A DNA stretch of 47,626 nucleotides, taken from contig CABQMV010000001.1 of NCBI GenBank assembly GCA_902465325.1, positions 1 to 47,626 on the forward strand, written 5' to 3'. Numbering within the stretch: position 1 is the first letter of the stretch; each line of letters begins with the position of its first letter. Origin of the DNA: an uncultured Oscillospiraceae bacterium (GTDB taxonomy: Bacteria > Bacillota > Clostridia > UBA1212 > SIG427). A program made the position numbers and the translations under genes. Below the pieces are notes generated by a model. It was given only the letters and a program-made list of their open reading frames with translations. It ran no database searches and was not told the DNA's origin. This document shows positions 1 through 7,029 of the stretch, in pieces.

Positions 1-255
1 TCCCGCCGAAAAATTAATGGTATTATATTTCCCTGCCCAACCTACATCCGGTAAAAATTCTGTTATAACATATCCCTGCGGCGTCTTTTTAATATGCTTG
101 TAAAAAGTCCACCATCTGAAGTAGTACATCATCTCCAGTTCCTTGTCAGAGCACTGAAATACAGGCACATTTTCCTGAAAAAACAACTCTGCGGCATTTT
201 TGAAAACACCGTCTACTCCGTCCAGCTCGGAAAAATAATTGATATAATGTTTCAT
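1..255 (-). CDS. glycoside-hydrolase-like protein, first 85 codons only (gene runs off the window start)
   Basis: Absent from the ORF track because it is open at the window edge. Minus-strand ATG at 255-253 follows a GGAG. Reads MKHYINYFSELDGVDGVFKNAAELFFQENVPVFQCSDKELEMMYYFRWWTFYKHIKKTPQGYVITEFLPDVGWAGKYNTINFSAG. I recall the YYFRWWT..KHI / VITEF / W.G..NTI pattern from N-termini of six-hairpin (GH63/MGH1-like) glycosidases; the family call is from memory only. Confidence 0.4.
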   Translation of the reverse strand, partial: MKHYINYFSELDGVDGVFKNAAELFFQENVPVFQCSDKELEMMYYFRWWTFYKHIKKTPQGYVITEFLPDVGWAGKYNTINFSAG

Positions 256-321
256 ATATGGAATCAACTCCGTGATTTATATTCACGGTTAATGTTACCA
301 TACTGCTCAGAGAAGAGCAAT

Positions 322-351
322 AAAAAATTGGCCGGGGAGGATACCCCGGCC
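322..351 (-). terminator. rho-independent terminator after hsp20
   Basis: GGCCGGGG (330-337) and CCCCGGCC (344-351) form a perfect 8-bp GC stem with a 6-nt loop. On the minus strand a T-run follows (plus-strand A-run at 322-327). Confidence 0.75.
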
Positions 352-368
352 AAAAGCAGGAAAATGTT

Positions 369-824
369 TTATTCAATCTGCAGTGTTCTGCTGCTGCCTG
401 AGGTTTCATCCTTCTTCGGCAGCGTCAGCTGCAATACGCCTTTGTCGTATTTTGCTTTAATTTTTTCACTGTCCACATTAGATACATCAAACTGTCTGCT
501 GTATGAACCGTAAGAGCGCTCACACCGGACATATTTATTTTTCTTATCCTTTTCCTCATACTCGGAATGGCGTTCTGCTTTGATTGTCAGCACATTGTTG
601 TTGATATCAATATGGATATCCTCTTTGTTAAAGCCAGGCAAATCCGCTTCTAAAACGTATTCTTTACCGTTATCGCTGATATCCGTCTTAAATTCTGCCA
701 GCATTTTACTGTCAAAGAAGCCAAAGGGATCATCAAAAAAGTGTCTTTCCAGTTCCTCCATTTCACGGAACGGGTTATAAGATGACATGTGGTTTTTATG
801 GTTATAGGGTCTCATTTCAAACAT
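369..824 (-). CDS. Hsp20/alpha-crystallin family small heat-shock protein
   Basis: 151 aa. Shows the alpha-crystallin domain pattern (YVLEADLPGFNKEDIHIDINNNVLTIKAER ... GSYSRQFDV ... KAKYDKGVLQLTLPK). GGAGG RBS upstream. Confidence 0.95.
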   Translation of the reverse strand: MFEMRPYNHKNHMSSYNPFREMEELERHFFDDPFGFFDSKMLAEFKTDISDNGKEYVLEADLPGFNKEDIHIDINNNVLTIKAERHSEYEEKDKKNKYVRCERSYGSYSRQFDVSNVDSEKIKAKYDKGVLQLTLPKKDETSGSSRTLQIE

Positions 825-1035
825 ATAAATTACCTCCGATCAAATTTAAAATACATAGTATAATTTCTTCAATCCGATCCAATTTATACGCGTTCGATTT
901 GGATTTTAAAGGTTATCGGACGCGGCTGTACATTCCCATCGCAATCACCTTCTATTTAAATTTCCTGTGTTGATTTCTTTCAACACCTATAGTATAGCCC
1001 CGATTTGTAAAAAGTGTGTTATAATTTTATGAATT

Positions 1036-1046
1036 TTAGCACTCAA
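1036..1046. promoter_or_regulatory. orphan CIRCE left half-site (TTAGCACTC) plus AA; left copy of an 11-bp direct repeat (attL-like core)
   Basis: TTAGCACTCAA is identical to 3049-3059. No GAGTGCTAA lies 9 nt downstream; the nearest GAGTGC is 40 nt away. Confidence 0.55.
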
Positions 1047-1168
1047 CGTCAGTTATCGCAGTGTGGATTTTGTCTAACTTCATAGAGTGCCGTAAGTGCC
1101 TATTTATGGGCGTTTCCCGGATTTTATGATTTTATCTTAACTCGTCAGAAATCGTCATTTTATAAAAA

Positions 1169-1191
1169 ATTGGTGTCAAAATTGGTGTCAA
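1169..1191 (+). repeat. two tandem ATTGGTGTCAA motifs (left arm of element)
   Basis: Copies at 1169-1179 and 1181-1191, both preceded by an A-run. The same motif pair recurs at 2943-2964. Confidence 0.8.
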
Positions 1192-1302
1192 TCAGCAGAG
1201 AGATACCTTTTCTTGCCACAGTATATCAGTATCACAAATTGTAAAATTGAATATCGCAAGTAGATTATGGAACGCCCAGACAGGTGTTCCTTTTCTATTT
1301 TC

Positions 1303-1329
1303 AGCCGTTCAGAAATGGACGGCTTTTTC
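1303..1329 (+). terminator. rho-independent terminator-like hairpin
   Basis: AGCCGTTC / GGACGGCT stem (one G-U pair), 6-nt loop, followed by TTTTT. Confidence 0.55.
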
Positions 1330-1361
1330 TATATCCAAACGAAAGGAGAATTTTAAAAGCT

Positions 1362-1606
1362 ATGAAAAAGATATTGAAGCGATTAGCCACAGGCTTCCTT
1401 GCCTTTGCGACTATCGTTACCGCTATCCATACAATGCCGAGGTGGAGCTTATCAACCCTGTTGCTGATACCGTGGCAAATGCCAACTACCGAGGGGCAGA
1501 CGTGGAATGGTACATCAAGGCAGACGACATTGTACTGAAAAATAAAGGCGGTCAGCCCGCAGGCAATCCACAGAACCACGCTCCGCAGGGACAGCAGAAA
1601 AAATAA
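1362..1606 (+). pseudogene. small secreted protein, apparently frameshifted
   Basis: An AAAGGAGAA RBS precedes an ATG at 1362 encoding a signal-peptide-like MKKILKRLATGFLAFATIVTAI. That frame then turns W-rich and ends at 1538. Protein-like sequence (YNAEVELINPVADTVANANYRGADVEWYIKADDIVLKNKGG...) continues in another frame to 1606. Confidence 0.4.
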
Positions 1607-1652
1607 GCTATCTTTCCTTAATTCTGTGAGATATAATAAGGATAGAATAAGC

Positions 1653-1765
1653 AGGAAGGAGGACCGCTCTATGGGTATCTTTGTTACACTGTAATAGCAA
1701 GGTGTATCTTTGTTATTACGCCTTGCTAATCATCAGTCAAAAAGAAATGATTAGGAGGCTAAATA
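1653..1765 (+). promoter_or_regulatory. candidate leader-peptide attenuator (7-codon ORF MGIFVTL at 1671-1694 plus two mutually exclusive hairpins)
   Basis: AGGAAGGAGG lies 8 nt before the ATG at 1671, and the ORF ends with tandem stops TAA TAG. Hairpin A pairs TAGCAAGG (1695-1702) with CCTTGCTA (1721-1728). Hairpin B pairs CTAATCAT (1726-1733) with ATGATTAG (1747-1754), overlapping the first bases of the hydrolase AGGAGG RBS. The two hairpins share nt 1726-1728. Confidence 0.35.
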
Positions 1766-2518
1766 ATGGCATATTTTAACTATCAATCAAAAAAGATATT
1801 TTATAAGGAAGTTGGGGTTGGTAAACCTCTTGTTATGTTGCATGGTGATACGGCTTCATCTGTTATGTTTGAGTTCTTATTGCCTTTGTATCAAGAAAAC
1901 TTTCGAGTTATCTTGATTGACTTTTTAGGAAATGGACAATCGGACAGAATTTCAAGATTTCCAGAAAATCTCTGGATAACACAGGCTGAACAAGTGATTG
2001 CACTTATTGAGCATTTGAAAATTGGAAAAGTCAATCTCTTAGGAACAAGCGGTGGAGCTTGGGTTGCTATCAATACAGCATTAAAACGTCCCGACCTTAT
2101 TGATAAGGTTATTGCTGATAGTTTTGACGGCAGAACCTTACATGAAAATTTTGCAGAAAATCTATTACAAGAGAGAGAATTTGCAAAACATGATATTCAT
2201 GCAAAGCAATTCTATGAATGGTGTCAAGGTGAGGATTGGGAAACTGTCGTAGACCTTAATACGCAAGCACTTACAAAATGTGCTAAAAATCAAATACCTT
2301 TATTCTGCAAGTCACTGGAAACTTTAAGCGTTCCTATTCTTTTTGTGGGGAGCTTAGAGGACGAAATGTGTCGTAGAAACATGGCAGAGGAATACGAAGA
2401 AATGAACCAGCTCGTACAAAATGGCACGATACACATTTTCAAAACAGGTGGACACCCAGCGATTATGACAAACGCTGAACTTTTTGCCAAAGTAATTACT
2501 GAATATCTCAACAGCTAG
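1766..2518 (+). CDS. alpha/beta-fold hydrolase (serine hydrolase), substrate unknown
   Basis: 250 aa. HG oxyanion motif (LVMLHGD), nucleophile elbow GTSGG, and acid/His candidates (SLEDE, GGHPA). AGGAGG RBS 7 nt upstream. Confidence 0.9.
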   Translation: MAYFNYQSKKIFYKEVGVGKPLVMLHGDTASSVMFEFLLPLYQENFRVILIDFLGNGQSDRISRFPENLWITQAEQVIALIEHLKIGKVNLLGTSGGAWVAINTALKRPDLIDKVIADSFDGRTLHENFAENLLQEREFAKHDIHAKQFYEWCQGEDWETVVDLNTQALTKCAKNQIPLFCKSLETLSVPILFVGSLEDEMCRRNMAEEYEEMNQLVQNGTIHIFKTGGHPAIMTNAELFAKVITEYLNS

Positions 2519-2623
2519 ATTTTACAATTATCTGGTAATTACATTAGGCAGGTGGTTATTTTTGAAAATGCTAATCGTTGAATTTACTGACAACGAGGAG
2601 CGATTGTACCAGCAGACAGTTGA

Positions 2624-2926
2624 ATGGCTTTCTACAAAACTTTCAAATGCCCCTATAACATTGTGGACGCTTATAACAAAGCGGAAGTCCAAAAGGCAAA
2701 GAAAGAGCACAGGAAAGCAGAACTGCTTCCAAAGGTTTCCGCTCATGTTATGAGACACACAGCTTGCACGAGAATGGCAGAGTGCCGTATGGACATTAAG
2801 GTATTGCAGTACATTATGGGACACGCCCATTTTGATGTGACTATGGAAGTGTATAACCACTTGGGCGACAGGGCAAGGATTGAAAACGAGATAGCAAAGC
2901 TGGATAGTATGGCAGTGAACTTTTGA
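2624..2926 (+). pseudogene. tyrosine recombinase/integrase, C-terminal fragment only
   Basis: Box II region HVMRHTACTRMAE...LQYIMGHAHFDVTMEVYNH carries the H-x-x-R, H and catalytic Y. The N-terminal ~300 aa expected for such integrases are absent. Confidence 0.75.
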
Positions 2927-2964
2927 CACCAGAAAAGAAAAAATTGGTGTCAAATTGGTGTCAA
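2923..2964 (+). repeat. ATTGGTGTCAA motif cluster (one inverted plus two direct copies; right arm of element)
   Basis: TTGACACCA (2923-2931), the reverse complement of TGGTGTCAA, overlaps the integrase stop codon. Direct copies at 2943-2953 and 2954-2964. The inverted and first direct copies can form a 9-bp hairpin. Confidence 0.8.
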
Positions 2965-3048
2965 ACCTAAGAAAAATGACAATTTCAAGAGTGGAAAATG
3001 CTTGCAAACCATTGATTTTACCGGGTTTGCAAAAAAATATTAAAAAAA

Positions 3049-3075
3049 TTAGCACTCAAGTGTTGAGAGTGCTAA
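3049..3075. promoter_or_regulatory. CIRCE operator (HrcA binding site), perfect consensus
   Basis: TTAGCACTC-AAGTGTTGA-GAGTGCTAA matches TTAGCACTC-N9-GAGTGCTAA exactly. Confidence 0.8.
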
Positions 3076-3093
3076 CAGACTGTTTTTAGGAAT

Positions 3094-3122
3094 TTGCCGT
3101 CTCTGGTGTTTTTTGATATAAT
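3094..3122 (+). promoter_or_regulatory. sigma-A type promoter for pyk
   Basis: TTGCCG, 17 nt spacer, TATAAT with an upstream TG (TGATATAAT). Lies 45 nt before the pyk ATG. Confidence 0.5.
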
Positions 3123-3166
3123 GATTGGGATTATTCATTTTAATCAGTGTAAAAGGGGAAAATACT

Positions 3167-4579
3167 ATGAGAAAAACGAAAATTGTTTGTACCATCGGGC
3201 CTTCCAGCTGTACAAAGGAAGTGCTGACAGGACTTTGTCGGGCCGGTATGAATGTGGCCAGACTAAACTGTTCCCACGGCACACATCAAGAGCATCAAAA
3301 GAAAATTGATTTAATAAAAGAAGTAAGAGAAGAGCTGCAGCTGCCGGTAGCAATCATGCTGGATACCAAAGGACCGGAGTATAGAATCAAAACCTTTAAA
3401 AAAGGTAAAATATTTTTGAAGGAGGGAGACCGTTTTTCTTTTACCATTGAGGACGTAGAGGGAGACGAAAACCGAGTTTCTGTCACATACAAGGGACTTG
3501 TGAAGGATCTGGTTCCCGGAGACCGCATTTTGGTAAATAACGGCCTGCTCATCTTTGATGTTGTTCAGCTTACAGATTCCGAGGCCGTCTGCACTGTAAT
3601 CGCAGGAGGAGAGCTCTCTGACCGGAAGAGCATGAGTTTCCCCAATAAAGTTCTGAAGCAGGAATATCTGAGCCAGCAGGACAGGGAAGACCTGTTGTTT
3701 GGCATAAAAAATGGGGTAGAATATATTGCTGCCTCGTTTATTTCCGTTAAGCAGGATTTATTGGATATAAAAGTTTTTCTCCACGAAAACGGAGGAGACG
3801 ATATTGATATTATTGCCAAAATTGAAAATCAGTCCGGCGTGGACCATATTGAAGAAATCTGTCAGGAATGCGACGGTATTATGATTGGCCGGGGCGATAT
3901 GGGCGTAGAAATCCCCTATGAAGAGCTGCCCGCAATCCAGAAGCATCTGATCACCAAATGCAGACTGCTGGGAAAACGTGTCATTACCGCCACAGAAATG
4001 CTGGAATCCATGATTTATAACCCAAGACCTACCCGGGCAGAAATCTCAGATGTAGCCAACGCCGTCTACGACGGAACCAGTGCAGTGATGCTGTCCGGAG
4101 AAACAGCAGCCGGTAAATACCCGGTAGAGTCCGTACTGGCCATGGCAAAAATTGCCCGTCATACAGAAAAGAATATTCACTATGAAAAGCGGTTTACGAC
4201 CTCTGAATTTAGAATCAAAAACAAAGTAGACGCGATCTCCCACGCCACCTGCGGTATGTCTATAGACCTAAAAGCCAAGGCCATTGTGGTCTGCTCCATG
4301 TCCGGCATGACCGTACGCATGGTTTCCCGTTTCCGGGCCCCTACACTGATCATTGGAATGACGACAGATAAAAAGGTATGGCACAAACTTTCCCTTTCCT
4401 GGGGCGTAATGCCCATATTGACCTCCGCCTTTGAATCTACGGACGTTCTTTTCTACCATGCTACCGAGCAGGCAAAAAGGTTGCTGGATTTAAAAAACGG
4501 TGATAATATAGTGATAACAGGCGGTATCATAAACGGTAAATCAGGCAATACCAACCTGATTAAAATTGAGACCATCTGA
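3167..4579 (+). CDS. pyk: pyruvate kinase
   Basis: MRKTKIVCTIGPS..., NCSHG, MLDTKGPEYR, IAKIENQ, MIGRGDMGVEIP, SGETAAGKYP. Start taken at the internal ATG behind AAAGGGGAA. About 470 aa, with no PEP-utiliser extension. Confidence 0.95.
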   Translation: MRKTKIVCTIGPSSCTKEVLTGLCRAGMNVARLNCSHGTHQEHQKKIDLIKEVREELQLPVAIMLDTKGPEYRIKTFKKGKIFLKEGDRFSFTIEDVEGDENRVSVTYKGLVKDLVPGDRILVNNGLLIFDVVQLTDSEAVCTVIAGGELSDRKSMSFPNKVLKQEYLSQQDREDLLFGIKNGVEYIAASFISVKQDLLDIKVFLHENGGDDIDIIAKIENQSGVDHIEEICQECDGIMIGRGDMGVEIPYEELPAIQKHLITKCRLLGKRVITATEMLESMIYNPRPTRAEISDVANAVYDGTSAVMLSGETAAGKYPVESVLAMAKIARHTEKNIHYEKRFTTSEFRIKNKVDAISHATCGMSIDLKAKAIVVCSMSGMTVRMVSRFRAPTLIIGMTTDKKVWHKLSLSWGVMPILTSAFESTDVLFYHATEQAKRLLDLKNGDNIVITGGIINGKSGNTNLIKIETI

Positions 4580-4603
4580 ATTCTATAAGGACTGGGAAAT
4601 ATT

Positions 4604-5275
4604 ATGCAGGAAACCATCTATACCATACCTGTCACCGATGCATTTAATGCCCCGACGGAGTGCCCGCTGTGTACGCTTTACAAAAAATTTGAAGCGGACA
4701 GTATAAATTATTATCTGGGGCCTTCGCTGATGCAACCGGAGAATCGGATTGATACCAACGACAAGGGATTTTGCCGGCGGCATTTTACAATGCTGCTGGA
4801 TTCCAGGGCCAATCGTCTGGGCCTGGGATTGATTCTTGATACCTACCTGCAAAAGCAGCATTCCCGGCTGGGTAAAATGGCCGCAAAGCCGGAAGACCTC
4901 ATTTCGTACTTAAAAAAACACCAGACCCAGTGCTGTATCTGTGAAAAGCTGGATTATACCGTAGACCGCTATCTGGAGGTTATCTTACACCTCTGGCACA
5001 AGGAAGAGGATTTTAAAATAAAGTTTCAAAAGGGACTGGGATTCTGCACAGAGCATTTTACCATGCTCCTAGAAGGAGCTCAGAAATACCTGGGCCGCTC
5101 TGCCAGAAAAGAGTTTGCCCGCCAGCTGATTCAGCTGCAGCTGGACAATCTGGACAGAATGGAAAAAGAGGTAAACTGGTTTACCAAAAAGTTTGATTAC
5201 CGATTCAAGGATGAGCCCTGGGGAACCTCAAAAGATGCATTAGAGCGCAGTATCGGAAAGATCGTAGGCTATTAG
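4604..5275 (+). CDS. conserved Cys-rich protein of unknown function (internally duplicated CxxC...FCxxHF module; I recall this as DUF6062-like)
   Basis: 223 aa. Module 1 is ECPLCTLY...GFCRRHFTMLL and module 2 is CCICEKLD...GFCTEHFTMLL. Starts 24 nt after the pyk stop. Confidence 0.7.
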   Translation: MQETIYTIPVTDAFNAPTECPLCTLYKKFEADSINYYLGPSLMQPENRIDTNDKGFCRRHFTMLLDSRANRLGLGLILDTYLQKQHSRLGKMAAKPEDLISYLKKHQTQCCICEKLDYTVDRYLEVILHLWHKEEDFKIKFQKGLGFCTEHFTMLLEGAQKYLGRSARKEFARQLIQLQLDNLDRMEKEVNWFTKKFDYRFKDEPWGTSKDALERSIGKIVGY

Positions 5276-5329
5276 ACTCAGCGCAGCGCCGGCAGATCCT
5301 GTGAATGGGTGTCTAGAAGGGAATATAAA

Positions 5330-6160
5330 ATGTATGTGTACGCTTTAGTGGGACCCAGCGGAACCGGCAAGAGTCACAGAGCCCTGGGAGTCGCCCGAAA
5401 ACACGGTATAAAATATATAATAGACGACGGTCTTCTGGTGTGCGGAGGCAGCGTTGCCGCAGGCAGGTCCGCAAAAAAAGAATCGACAAAGCTCGGTTCC
5501 GTCAGGACCGCTGTCTTTACCGATGATGATCACGCCTTTGAAGTAAGTCAGGCTTTAAAAAAGGATCCCAACGAAAAACTGCTTATACTGGGCACTTCAG
5601 ACAATATGGTCAACAAAATTGCACAGAGACTGGGCTTTCCCGGGGTTGATGAAATTATACGAATTGAAGAAATCTCTACTCCGGGGGAAATACAGCAGGC
5701 TCTGAATACCCGAAGAAGTCAGGGAAAGCATGTGATTCCCGTTCCCTCCCTGGAATTAAAAAAAGATTTTTCCGGTTTTATGCTGGATCCGCTGAACAGT
5801 TTGAAAAAGAAGGGAAGCGGCACATTGGATTCCGTAGGCGAAAAATCGGTGGTTCGCCCTACCTTCAGTTACCTGGGAAGCTATACAATATCAGATTATG
5901 CGCTTTACCGCCTGGCCGAACATGCCAGCCTGAGCAATCCGGCAGTGTGTAAATTTTCCCGATTCCGGGCAGAACAAAAAATAAACGGCATCGCGATTGA
6001 TGCCGATCTTATACTTTACTATGGCTATCCCATACCCCAAGTATTTGCTGAGCTGCGCTCCGCTATTTCCTATGAAATTGAAACCTGGACAACCCTTAAT
6101 ATAAACTCCGTCACTCTTACTGCAAAAAGCCTGGTAATGCGGGAGAAGGGGAAGCGCTGA
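5330..6160 (+). CDS. P-loop (HPr-kinase-like) domain fused to an Asp23/Gls24-like domain
   Basis: N-terminus LVGPSGTGKSHRALGVARKHGIKYIIDDGLLV resembles the HprK C-domain pattern G.SG.GKS..AL.....G.....DD. The C-terminal ~110 aa (YTISDYALYRLAEH...INGIAIDADLILYYGYPIPQVFAELRSAISYEIETWTTLNINSVTLTAKSL) follows the Asp23 pattern. ATG at 5330 follows GAAGGGA; a GTG at 5309 is an alternative start. Confidence 0.75.
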   Translation: MYVYALVGPSGTGKSHRALGVARKHGIKYIIDDGLLVCGGSVAAGRSAKKESTKLGSVRTAVFTDDDHAFEVSQALKKDPNEKLLILGTSDNMVNKIAQRLGFPGVDEIIRIEEISTPGEIQQALNTRRSQGKHVIPVPSLELKKDFSGFMLDPLNSLKKKGSGTLDSVGEKSVVRPTFSYLGSYTISDYALYRLAEHASLSNPAVCKFSRFRAEQKINGIAIDADLILYYGYPIPQVFAELRSAISYEIETWTTLNINSVTLTAKSLVMREKGKR

Positions 6161-6926
6161 CAGAAAGGACGCGTCCGGAAAAAATACTTTTGATTGTATC
6201 CAGCAGCTGAGGATTTGCACTGTTTTTCTCGTTATACAGGTAAATCTTGCAGGGAGCTACAGAAACCAGAGAGGATAAAATCAGATCATCCATAGAAATA
6301 TCGGAGGTCAGCTCCTCCGGCGTTAAAATTTCCCTTCCCTCCCAATCCAGCAGCCGGTGATTTCCTCCTGCCTCAACAAAAAGGTGTACCTCATGGCTGG
6401 AAGGCTTCTGCAAATCCACAAAGCTTTTGAGAAGTGAAATAAACTCGTCATACTCCCTCTTCGCTACCAGCTCATCTGCGCACAGATCCGCCAGAGCCAT
6501 TAAATCCTTTTGAAGCTCCTGCATACGGAAACGCAAAAAGCCTTCTATAATAAGATACCGGTTTCCCCGTTCAAAGTATTCCATCAGCTTTTCTTTTATG
6601 ACGTCACAGCCGTCCTTTATACTCATGGCCACAGAAAGCGCCTTGGCCGCACCGGCTGCAGCTTCTTTCTCGGTAAGCTTGTCGCTGCGCTTCATATATC
6701 CTTTCAAAAAAGAATCCACCTGATGGGTCCATATATAGTCGGAAAGAGTCGCACAAAAAGACTCTATATTACAGTCTCCCTTCCCAATGTAACAGTAGAG
6801 TCCTCTGGCTTTTTCATCAAAATCTATTCGATACAGTCTCTGTATAAAATACTCGTTCAGTTCTTCGGGCCCTGCTTCTGCCCATAACTTGATACACCGC
6901 ACTTCGACCACTCCTTTTGGGTTCAT
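6117..6926 (-). CDS. ytxC: YtxC-like sporulation protein
   Basis: 269 aa. LIIEGFLRFRMQEL...EYDEFISLLKSFVDL is the typical YtxC-family core. Its 3' end overlaps the convergent upstream gene by 44 nt. Confidence 0.75.
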   Translation of the reverse strand: MNPKGVVEVRCIKLWAEAGPEELNEYFIQRLYRIDFDEKARGLYCYIGKGDCNIESFCATLSDYIWTHQVDSFLKGYMKRSDKLTEKEAAAGAAKALSVAMSIKDGCDVIKEKLMEYFERGNRYLIIEGFLRFRMQELQKDLMALADLCADELVAKREYDEFISLLKSFVDLQKPSSHEVHLFVEAGGNHRLLDWEGREILTPEELTSDISMDDLILSSLVSVAPCKIYLYNEKNSANPQLLDTIKSIFSGRVLSVSASPSPALPGFLQ

Positions 6927-7029
6927 ACACCATTATATGTAACAGTGTATGTACATCGTTCATAACACAAACTTTGTCTGTATTATAAACTTTGGGAGTG
7001 TTTTTCTGCAGTATAATCCACCGCAGTAC

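Larger units (their letters stand above)
1036..3059 (+). mobile_element. degraded integrative element (integrase remnant, cargo hydrolase) bounded by 11-bp direct repeats
   Basis: TTAGCACTCAA occurs at both ends. A C-terminal tyrosine-recombinase fragment ends 123 bp from the right repeat. Tandem ATTGGTGTCAA motifs lie in both arms. Contents include a frameshifted ORF. Confidence 0.55.

Noticed and set aside
94-513. 139-aa plus-strand ORF, and the 87-aa minus-strand ORF at 146-409
   Set aside because: Both overlap the hsp20 3' end, its GC-rich terminator and the edge-truncated minus-strand gene. They have no RBS and low-complexity, non-protein-like sequence.
967-986. Perfect palindrome GTGTTGA-N6-TCAACAC upstream of hsp20; the heptamer GTGTTGA also forms part of the CIRCE spacer at 3060-3066
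   Set aside because: A 7-bp stem with no T-run and no known operator consensus. The heptamer match to the CIRCE spacer is probably coincidence. It may overlap a weak TTGAAA-N18-TTAAAT promoter, but I cannot support a function.
1036-1090. Possible degenerate full CIRCE at the left junction (TTAGCACTC ... GAGTGC)
   Set aside because: The GAGTGC lies 40 nt from the left arm rather than 9, so it cannot form an HrcA operator.
2528-3055. 175-aa minus-strand ORF
   Set aside because: It is antisense to the integrase fragment and spans the motif repeats. It has no RBS and a Cys/Phe-rich, improbable composition.
3049-3122. CIRCE as a regulator of pyruvate kinase
   Set aside because: The operator ends 18 nt upstream of the -35 box of the pyk promoter rather than overlapping the promoter or transcription start. 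pyk is not a known HrcA target. Displacement from hsp20 explains it more simply.
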